A stretch of DNA of 64,000 nucleotides from the human T2T-CHM13v2.0 reference genome, Homo sapiens, in assembly GCF_009914755.1 (NCBI RefSeq), contig NC_060925.1. One strand, 5' to 3'. A program made the translations under genes and the position numbers. Shown piece after piece: positions 54,286-64,000 of this stretch; the first letter of the stretch is position 1, and each line of letters starts with the position of its first letter. The notes below the pieces were generated by a model. It had not been told where the DNA came from and did no database searches. It was given only the letters and a program-made list of their open reading frames with translations.

Positions 54286-54724
54286 TTTACAAGACATGAT
54301 AAAAAGAAGATTAAATGAGTAGAGATAAGCCAATTTATTTTAAGGAAAGATAAAGCTTTATGAAAAAATTATAACCACAGTCGATGAAAATAGTTACAGG
54401 TTGAAATAAATTATTCATAGGACAAAGATCCAAAGCACTACGCCCTTTTTCAGGATTTCACTGGAGAATTAAAAAGGACATTCTTTAGCATCAGTGTGCA
54501 AATTCAAAACACAAACCACAGGGTGCCTAAACTTATGGGACTTATGATGATGTCCATGTGAGTATTTCCAAATTATAATCAAGCATTTATTTCAAACCAC
54601 AGTGTTGCTTAGCTCTATAAAATTACATTGAATTTTCATTGTAAATCAAGTAGTGTGCTGGATACTGAAAATACAGTGAGATCCTTGCCTTCAAGAATCT
54701 CTCTGTTAGTATTAGCATGAGAGT

Positions 54725-54890
54725 GCAGGGTTCTTAAAGTGTGGTCCATTAGCAACTTCAAAGTCACCAAGGGTGGTACTTCTTAAAAACCTCAGACCTT
54801 ACTCTAGAGATTTGCTGTGAGAGACTGATGAAGTGGTATTCACAAGAACTTCTTTAGATGTTTCTTATGCATACTAATGTTTGAGAATTA
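54725..54890. mobile_element. MER5 fragment
   Basis: GGTTCTTAAAGTGTGGTCC...TTCTTATGCATACTAA.GTTTGAGAA. Confidence 0.6.
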
Positions 54891-54956
54891 TGAGTTTGAA
54901 GAAAAAACAATAAACTTTAAATCAAACAGGTCCAGAGTTGAATCTTGACTATTTCC

Positions 54957-55587
54957 TTATATATTGCATTTTTATAATACAATTTAAATTCTTCCACCAA
55001 CACTATACTAAAACTATACAATGTTAATTATTGCTCTGTTTTAGCTATCATTTTCTTGTGTTGGTTTTCTTGACCAACCTTCCCTTGGAATTCTCTTTTT
55101 TCTGAGACTAAACACTATTCATGGGTTTCCTCTTGTCTCTTGGATCACACCTTCTCTGTCTTTGCTGTTTATTAACTAACTTATTGTAGGTAAACAAATT
55201 AACTTGCTGAGTTTCCACATCCTCATTTGTTGAATGAGCAAACAAAATGACATCATCACCAACAAAATTATCTTATAGACTAGTTGAAGATTAAGTGAAA
55301 TAATGTATGTCAAGAGTTATGCCTGTCACATAGCTGGGACTCAGTAAGTGTTAACTCTTGTTGCTATAAGGGTTATGGTAGACATAAACACAAGATGCTA
55401 TTTGAACTTTTGTTTAAACCCATGAATAGTGTTTGGTCTCAGAAAAAAGAGAATTCCAAGGGAAAGTTGGTCAAGAAAACCAACACAAAGAAATGATAGC
55501 TAAAACAGAGCAATAATTAACATTGTATAGTTTTAGTATGGTGTTGGTGGAAGAATTTAAATTGTATTGTAAAAATGCAATATATAA
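54957..55587. repeat. Inverted repeat: 54957-55128 and 55416-55587 (172 bp, 166/172 identical, no gaps), 287-bp spacer
   Basis: manual alignment of reverse complement. Confidence 0.95.
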
Positions 55588-55649
55588 AAGATTCTTGTTG
55601 CTACAAGGGTTATGATAAAAATAAACACAAGATGCTATTTGAACCTTTG
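55356..55649. repeat. Direct repeat: 55356-55412 and 55593-55649 (57 bp, 52/57 identical) bracketing the inverted copy
   Basis: TCTTGTTGCTA(T/C)AAGGGTTATG...ATAAACACAAGATGCTATTTGAAC.TTTG twice. Confidence 0.95.
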
Positions 55650-57759
55650 GGAAACTGGGAGTGAAATGATGAAAGAGTTAGGTCTAAGGTCTCTTGAATG
55701 ATGCCATCTTTAGTTTGTTGAGTCTTGATGGTTAAGTAAAAGATAGGAAGACAAAATAAATATGTCCATTAAAAATCTGTATAAATATTTTAGCTAAATT
55801 GACCAATCAATTTTATCACACAATTGGTTGATTTGTAGAACAAATAGTTGGCCCAGTTAAATCACATAACTGATTTTTATTCCACAATTTTTTCAAGTAA
55901 AAATACTACTTTTGTTTTTCTTTGATTTAAATTTTTAGATTCAGATTCATAGAGTTACTTTCCTGTGAAAAGAAAATGATATGAACTGTAATATTGCATT
56001 TAACTGAATATAAAAATAGCTGTTTTAAACAACTGAATACATTAAATTGGTGTAGATGGGAAATAGTGAAAATTGCTTTACAAAGAACATTTTATCTTAA
56101 ACCATTATCAGCTACTGGGAGATTTCTTGCACTGCATTTTAAATAGTAATCATAAAAAGAATTGCAATAAAATGTTTATATGGTGTTCTATACTCCTACA
56201 TATAGTGAGGCAAAGTATCTCTATTACTTCTGAAAATTCTGGAGCAATAATTTCCTCACTTGGGTTTCCTGTACATCTATATGTGCTGATTTTCCAATGA
56301 TCTATTAGCTACCCTTCATGGGTTACTCCTCCTACTTAGTAGACACAGGCTAGAGGTTATTTTCTTACTACTTGGGACTATTCAAGATACTTCAGATGTG
56401 TTTATAAGCACAAAGTACTTCAAATGAAATTTACCCTCTGTTAGTTATAGCAACCAATCCAGACAGTTTTGAAAGGCCTCCATTAAACCCTTAACCTAAC
56501 ATGAGTTTCATATCATGCAGCGTTAATTAAGACTCCCAAGGTTGCAAGTAACATAAAACTCATCCTAAACTGGCTCAAACAAAACAGGGAGTTTGTTAGT
56601 TCATATAACTGGCAAGTAACTAACTGGCAAGTAAATAACTAATTTCAGGTAAGTCTTCGTCTTAATTACTTTATGTCTAGGCACTATAATGCATGGAAAA
56701 CAAGCTGAAAAATAGAGCTCTATGTAATTTTAATTTTGAAAATTATCCATAATAAACAACTCTATGGGCTGTTGTTTCTAAGAAAAATCAATAAATGGAA
56801 CCAATAATCCCTCTAATCCTACTATGGTAATGATATTATTTTTCTTCTGATTAGAAGGACAGATACTAATATAATCCCTCTTCATGGCTGGATCTATCCC
56901 TATAAGAGATATGACAAGTGTTCTCTGAGTAGAATGAATATAGGTTCTTATTAGAATTCTGTTCAGGTGTAAAGTTACTCTTACTTAAAATGTTTACTAC
57001 TATTTTTTAAATTCAATTCTGATAGAATATAGTAATGGATTGAGGAGTAAGTATATTAAGACTAAGAATTTCTGTGGACAGATTTTGCCTTACAGTTGCT
57101 ACAGGAAAATTTATAGGAAGAAATCAGAAATTTCCCCTTGCTTGCCAAAGCCTTTATCTGGAAATTTATGGCTGTCATAGTTATAGATGTCAGTCATTAA
57201 TTTTGATATCTGTATTCATGTCCGTTCAGGACAGCAAACCCCTTGGAAATGGACGGGTCCTATCTATGAGTGGAGTCACAAGTACCACAAGTAATAGCTA
57301 CATATTATTCAAATAATGTATTTATTAGGAAATAAAAATGATTTGAACCTTTTAAACAAATTTCTATTTCTTTATGAGTAACAGAATGATGATGATGGTA
57401 TTTTTATTTTTGAAAATCCAGTTTTAACCTGTTATCAGTGGAAGAATCAACAAACTCATTCTAAAATAACTATGGAAGGGTAAAAATCTAGAAATATTCA
57501 GGTTAACTTTGAAGACAACCTGGGCACTCATCCTATTAGATTTTATGGCATGACAGAAAGACATAGTGATATTAACAGAATCATTCTGGTACAGGTAGTG
57601 ACAATTAGACCATATCAGGTGATGCACTATTATTTCTGCCATATTCTATTCTTTAGAAGTCTAGTTCACCATCAAGAAGAGAATTAAGCTCCACTTTTTA
57701 AAGGGAAAAGTAGACAATAATTTGTGGAGATAGTTTTAAAACTACAAAAAGGAAACACA

Positions 57760-58480
57760 AAGAAAATAGGCATAGGAAATGACCAGGCAGGGCACAAAAG
57801 GGAAGTCCCCATGACCAAGAGGTCTATCAAGAGACAGTCAAACTCATTAGTCATCTGAGGAAAGCAAATTAAAACAAGAAAGAAGTATCACTTTACATCC
57901 AGCAGAATGGCAAAATTAGTAACTCAGATAATACCAAGTGCTGACAAGGAAGTCTCATGAATAGCAAATGTGATTGACCCTATTACAGCCGTTATAGAAA
58001 GCAAATGTTAGAATTGACAGCGTTACTGTAAGAACACATGTGCTCTTTATCCCATGGATCCCATTCTGGGTTATATACTTTAGAGAAATTCTCACCAAAT
58101 ATGTACAAATATGGACATATATGAGAATGTTCAACCCAACGTTACTTGAGGTGCCGGAGACTGGGAAGTAAAGTAGATTTCAATGTAGTGTGTACTGGAC
58201 AGCAATAAGAAGTAACAAATTATATGTATATATGGTAGAATGCATAATCCTCAGGAAAGAAAAGTCCCTTAGTTAAAAATGTCGGAAATTTTAAAACATT
58301 ATACTGTTCATTTGAAAGTTAGAAAGATATATACACATAAAATATCTCATACTTTAAAAGGACACTTGCATGTTTGAGAATATATATCAGATACATTATA
58401 TTTAGGGCCAATAGTAAATGAGAATGGTAGTGTAGATCATGGAAAATGAGAAAAAATAAGAATTAGAAAGGAAATTTGCA
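57760..58480 (+). mobile_element. L1ME-type ORF2 end/3' fragment
   Basis: CTCATTAGT.ATC...AAAGCAAATTAAAACA...GAATGGCAAAAATT...GATAATACCAAGTGCTG. Confidence 0.65.
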
Positions 58481-58959
58481 TGTACTCGTGCAAAAATATG
58501 CAAAACAAAAAACCAGAGAAGTCTGGCCAAACAGACCCTTACCATCTGAGATCCAAGGAAACACACACACACATACACACACAGGCAAACACAAACACAA
58601 AATAATTTAGGTAGCCACTAACTGGATGGCACACTAAATTAAAGAACATGCTCATGATGAATATTATCCATTAGAATGATGTTTATAAATAATTTCTCAT
58701 CATTTATATAATGGTAAGCATAAAAATATCAGGAAATTAAATAGGCATAGAGGGAAAATGCAAATAAAATATGTATATGCGTAAATACTGAAATTCATAA
58801 GAACCTTAGCAGTAGAAATTACTTAAGCATTTAAATTTTAAACTGTTTTTTATCTTTAATCTTTTTTCTAATATTTTTTGGTATGAGCATAATAAACTTA
58901 TAATCATAAAAACATATATTCCTTTGAGATCAATATCCCTTTTAAAAGATAATCAATCA

Positions 58960-59957
58960 AAACTTCTAGTCTCAGCTTCTACATGTAAAGAGCCTGGAAG
59001 CCATAACTCTCATCCTTATAAAAACAGCAACAACAACAACAACAAAAAGACAAACTGAAAATCAACTACTCTTTTGGAACCTATCAGAGAACTGAATTTG
59101 CAGGATCACCCCCAAATCTAGGGAGACAGGGGAATCCACAGGGTCATCATGGATGAAATCTACTTATCTGGAGTAGAAGTCACTGGAATCAAACACTGAT
59201 GTCACTTAACTGGTAGTTTTGACAAATTGTTGGAGGCTGAGTATGGGAAAGCATGAGAGTGAGAAACTACGGAGGTGATCATGTTGGAAGACAGGAAATG
59301 TGACACTTTCCTGGATTTACCTCCAGAAACCACCCCAGGTTTCCATTATGAAGATATGAGAGCGATCCCTTCATAGCTCTGTCTAGCACAGGGAAAAGTA
59401 ATCCTTGTGAAATAGGCCCAGGTCCTCCAAAACAAAGGCCCACTTCTAAGAGGAAAGACTTTAGTGGAGCCTCCTCACCCTAAAACCAAGGGAGAAGGGC
59501 ATTTTTCTCATACCAACTGCCTGGAGTCTTCCTGTCTCCCCTCAAGTGGTGGGGAGAGCTATACAAGGAAAAACACATGAGGGTCACAGGCCAGAAATAT
59601 AAGCCTAACCAAAGATTGAGATGTAATCAATCCTAAGATTCTAGGGTGTCCTCTCTCCCACATCTTACAATCACACCAAAAGGGCTCTGGTATAGTAACA
59701 GAGGATTACTGCTGAAAGTGATGCAAGACAAAGACTGTTGAGGAGGAGTCTTTAGGGAAACCAAAAGTCAGGAAAGAAGACAAAAATAAAGACAGTAGGG
59801 GACTTTAAAGCCCCTGGCATCTCTAGCAGTAGCAGTCATTAAACAAAGCCTCAATGTCTACCCAAATTAATGTAAATACACCAGAGACTCATTTACCTCA
59901 ATTCCTAGAAGAAATGAATAAATTCCTAGATACATACAACCTAGCAAGATTGAATCA
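58960..59957 (+). mobile_element. Old L1M (L1MC/MD-type) 5' region joined to a 54-bp ORF2 fragment (59904-59957)
   Basis: CAGCTTC.ACATGTAAAGAGC.TGGAAG...AAACTGAAAATCAAC; terminal piece reads LEEMNKFLDTYNLARLNH. Confidence 0.6.
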
Positions 59958-60404
59958 TTTGTTATCATTAAACCTAGATGATCAAAATACCAAAAATGAA
60001 AGTTTTTAACAGTTTAGGGTTTTTTTTTTTTAATTTTGGAGATGTCAAAGGGAAAACTGTTAGAATTTGTGTTTCATATGTTAGAAGAGGTCTATACTGG
60101 GAAGCATAAGTTTTCTCAGTATTCACCGTGTGACATCTGGGAAAGAGAGAAGAGTAACTGCAGGATAAGATGAAGCTCAGGAAAAGAAAGTAAGAGGATA
60201 TCAAGATAAAGTTTAAGAAAATCAGAAATAACTAGAGTGAAAACTTCATTGACTGAAATTTGGAATTTGTGATCTGGCTGTGACTTTGCATACACAAAAA
60301 AAGTCATTTTGTAGGCTTCATATTTCTTGTCATCATAATGTTTATGTAAAAGAAAAAATATGTGAGTCAAATAAAACACTGCTAGTGAATCACTGAAGTA
60401 AATA

Positions 60405-60640
60405 GTAATAATTATAACATCAGCAGTAACAGCTTCCATAACATGAATACATATTATATGCTGGCATTTTAAACACATTTCTTACTTTCATTCTCACAAT
60501 TTGTCTTGTGAGATGGTAGGTATTATTAGTCACAATTTTTGATAGGAAAAATGATGTTTAGAAAATACAAAAGACACATAGTTAGCAAATTCAAAGCCAA
60601 ACGAGCTCTGTCTGGCTTCCAAATCTTAGCACTTTTCATG
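60405..60640 (-). mobile_element. MIR
   Basis: TTCTCACAA...TGTGAG...GGTAGGTATTATT. Confidence 0.6.
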
Positions 60641-61259
60641 ACACTAGAAAGTTCAAAACACATAAAGTATTAGGGTACCAGATATAAGTCAGGTACATAA
60701 GAAAAGTGTTGGTAAAACAATAGTATGAGCAACCCAATCTGATGAGTCACCTATAGTGAACTTCTGCTTGACTTACTGCAATGTTTTTAGAGGTGTTTAT
60801 ACATATGTGACATATTTATCTAACTCATATTTTGCACAAATGAGTGTTAAATTTTGTGTGCATTTTTTGAACATTCACCATACTAATGATGCCAAATTTG
60901 GGAAGGCAACCCAGAAGTGTACTCTTTTGCTTACGGGGTAAAGATGTATACTTTATCATTTATTTATTTGCAAGTAGATAATTGAGAGGCTCTCAGTGTT
61001 AAATTGTTTGCACTCTGTTAAATGATTTGATGCTGATGGGCCCCAGATGTCCTGAAAATGTTCCCGCACCCTTGATGGTTCCCTCTGTACACTCATTACT
61101 GCCTTAGCAAAGCAGAACATATTTACAAATTTTAGGTCACCATCTGCAAAGATGTTATGTTGTGTCTATTTCAAATAAAAAGTATACTCATATATTATGA
61201 ATAACATGATGCCCTTTGAAAAATATGATAACATAAGGGTATAATGATCAACAAAGTAT

Positions 61260-61495
61260 CTTTGTGGTTAAGAGTCTCAGAATAAAAATTAGACAGATCT
61301 GCCTACAGTCCTAGCTTTTCTACTTAGTGGTGTGACTTTGAACAAATCACATAACTTCTCTGAGCCTCAGTTTCCTCATCTGAAAAATGGGAAGAATAAT
61401 ACCTCTCCAGGTTGCTGTAAGAATTAAATGATATAAGAATTGTGTAAAGAGCCCAGTGCTGAGCACATAGTAAGTGATTAATAAATGATTAGTTT
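61260..61495 (+). mobile_element. MIR (MIRb-like)
   Basis: GTGGTTAAGAG...TGTGACTTTG.ACAA.TCAC.TAAC.TCTCTGAGCCTCAGTTTCCTCATCTG.AAAATGGG. Confidence 0.85.
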
Positions 61496-61739
61496 TGTTA
61501 GGAAACCAGCATAGTAACTTTGCAAATGTTAGACAAATATGTTTTAATTTCTCTGCAAACCATATTTTTTACAAACTAATCACCTCTGACATCAATCTTG
61601 TTTTTCTCAAGAAAATATGGATGTGGAAGTCAGGAATTATTTAAAAGTAGTTTCTTATTGAATTTTTTCACCCCCCATTAAATACAACATACTTAGCTGT
61701 CCATAATGTTGAATTTAACATAAATGAAATCCAGATATG

Positions 61740-62620
61740 AAGAAAAAGTAGGAGAGATAGTCTACTCATTGGGGACCTGGGAGATAATAGGGAGAGAAAG
61801 TGATGGGAGTAAGGGTGGGAGGAGGCTTTCTTTCACTCCCTATTGGGACTGTGTGAGAAGACCAACCAACCAGATGTATGGACACCTCTAAACAAACTTG
61901 GTGCCGAGTGGTTAGCCTGGGGATGAACTTCCAGCTCAGCTTTTTCAGAGTAATCTAGAATCCATGTTATGGATAGAACTCAGGGGTCCCCCTGGCCTCA
62001 CTGCCTCCTCTGAGCTGAAAGACAGTTGACCTACCCTGGGAAAAGGCCAGGTGTCCCTGAAGCAGAGGCTGGGGTTACTGTGCCTGGCAAGGGACTGAAT
62101 GGAGGATGAGACACAAAAGATTCAAGTGGCCCAAAGGCTGCCAAAGGGCTGAGTTAGCACCTCTGGCTGAGATAAAAGATACCATAACATCAGACATGAC
62201 AAACTTCTGTCATTAGCATGGAAGGATAATCAGAAACCAGGTAGACAAGAGATAACATGCTGGAGATCTGAAAAGCCAGCAATACCACTCTGAAGGTCTC
62301 CTGCTCTCAATGTTGATATGACTTTAAGATTCCCCATTTGGTTTCTGGTTACTTTCTTGAAAGGAGCTCGAAGGGTAGAAGACATAGAACTACGAGAAGC
62401 AGAGACATTTTTCTAAGTTGAACAAAGCATTATCTAAAGGAAGAGCTTGACTTTCTACATCAGACTAAGTTTTAGAATAGATAGGACCAAAGGTTGTTTT
62501 TCTTCCTCAACACCCAGTGTGTCATGGCTTAGGAAGTAGTTTGAATTAAAGATGCAACAAAGGTACATTTTTTTTTTGTGCACTTCTAGGCTGTAGTGTG
62601 AGTAAATATGTGGCCCCATT
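61740..62620 (+). mobile_element. Possible ancient LTR (LTR78/79-like)
   Basis: 3' end TTTTTGTGCAC..CT...TGTAGTGTGAGTAAAT.TGTG.CCCC resembles the recalled LTR78/79 end; left edge uncertain. Confidence 0.35.
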
Positions 62621-62835
62621 TCATTCTTATTATTGCCCTTACTGAGGTTATTAACACCCCCAATACCTTTTAACCAAACCCTTTTAAATGGAATTTTCTA
62701 AGAGGCAGTGATTGGTTTGCACTGAGAATCAGCTTTCTCACCCCTCACTCTGGTGGCCACCACATGTTTAGAATTTGGCCTTTCATAGCCTTTGGCACTA
62801 TAATGGAATTTTAAATCTCTTGACAATGCTTTCTA

Positions 62836-62891
62836 GTTCAAAGCCACAAGCTTGGTCTCCTTAGCACCAGATGCTAACCAACTGAGCTAAC
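62836..62891 (-). pseudogene. tRNA-Ile(AAT)-derived relic, probably the head of a MamSINE1-type SINE
   Basis: reverse complement GTTAGCTCAGTTGGTTAG..TGGTGCTAAGGAGACCAAG.TTGTGG.TTTGA; no acceptor stem, anticodon altered. Confidence 0.7.
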
Positions 62892-63066
62892 TATAACTGT
62901 AGGGACCGCAGACAAGCCCCAAACCATTCCAGAGGACTTTTAAATGTCAATAATGAGGACTTCATTATTGACGTTTATGATGACTCATCTATGTAGGGGT
63001 TTTAAGAAATGTCTGTCATTTTCATGCATTTTTGCTAGATTGCTGTGTAAATGAACAATATTTTTT

Positions 63067-63096
63067 AAACAAACAAACAAACAAACAAACAAAAAA
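63067..63096. repeat. (AAAC)n microsatellite
   Basis: 6 AAAC units. Confidence 0.9.
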
Positions 63097-63569
63097 GGGG
63101 CTTCCAAACATGTGCTATACATTTTTCACTTAGAGTTAGCAACCTCACTCATAGCTATGACCCTATATGGAGACAGTGTTGCACATGAAAAGAAAAAGAA
63201 CAACAACAACTCTGTCTAAGAGGGGTCTTCATTAAAGGAAGTGGACATACTTAAAAGTGTGGATTTGCACATACAAGCCGGGCCACTACAAATCCGAAAT
63301 TGTGGTTTGCATGTTACATTGTTCAACACCCTCTATGCTTTCTTCATCATGCTTTGCAAGTGTGTCTGTGAAGAAACTGAAATTTGGCATGGAGACTCTT
63401 ATAGTTACAAGATTATCTAACGTCTGAAATTTTTAGGAATCATTTGACCAATAAAGCATATTTCAGCCTGTTATATTTGCTGACTGCTGTTCCACCTAAA
63501 TTGCTGCCATTCTACTTAATTCAGACAAGGAAGCTAGCAAAACACAAACATTGACTGCAGGTCACTTCC

Positions 63570-63658
63570 ACATATTAATATAACTATATATATATAATAA
63601 GGGTTATAATATATACTATATAATATTTATAATATATGGTAATAATATGATAATATTA
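63570..63658. repeat. (TA)-rich low complexity
   Basis: nearly pure A/T. Confidence 0.75.
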
Positions 63659-64000
63659 CTGCCTACTCTTTAAGATACAGGCCTCCATTGTTGAGATACA
63701 CAGATAAATAAAACACAGGACCTTCTCTTGTGATTTTTCTTGGAGAATAGGTTACCCAATGGAGGTTAGAACAAAGGTAGGCCTGTCAAGCAGGACTTGG
63801 AGCCACAAAGGAGATCCTGCCACAGGCACTGTGAGGAGTTAAGGAAGAAATGCCCTAGCACTCATGGCTAAGCTTCTGTTCTGTTGAACATAAACACTTT
63901 TACAGGTACCATCTTCCGACCATACGTGACTGTGATAAATCAAGACAAAAACAAAACAGCTATATAATCATGTATGATCATAGACAAAACAAAAACATCA

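Noticed and set aside
55356-55649. Repeat-spacer-repeat resembling a mini CRISPR array or LTR pair
   Set aside because: Only two copies, primate DNA, and the spacer is an inverted copy of nearby sequence.
56607-56641. 15-bp tandem TAACTGGCAAGTAA(C/A)
   Set aside because: Ordinary slippage duplication in a decayed LTR fragment.

Overview
Primate (human-like) non-coding genomic DNA, AT-rich and CpG-depleted, either intergenic or deep intronic. I cannot name the locus. I see no protein-coding exon, rRNA, intact tRNA or CRISPR array. All listed ORFs are chance ORFs or come from repeats (L1 ORF2 remnants, a GC-rich MER52 LTR, Alus, microsatellites). Much of the window is interspersed repeat: about 9 Alu/FLAM, a full LTR-int-LTR THE1C-like MaLR, a THE1A-like LTR split by a twin-primed L1PA4-like insertion, MER52, MLT1/MLT2 LTRs, older L1s, L2, MIR, and DNA transposon relics (Tigger3b, MER2, MER47, three MER58A, MER5, MER53, MADE1). 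Family calls are from recalled consensus sequences, so subfamily labels and the edges of old repeats are approximate. The strongest non-catalogue signal is a 172-bp, 96.5% identical inverted duplication bracketed by a 57-bp direct duplication at 54957-55649. It looks like a template-switch scar and could form a long hairpin. Other signals: further locally templated insertions (one in the loop of a MER53 palindrome, one at 26338-26473), a near-consensus 429-nt intron suggesting a spliced + strand lncRNA, a MADE1 hairpin with a compensatory base pair, and three motif-dense candidate enhancer/insulator stretches. Nothing here demonstrates a new biological system; these are testable leads.
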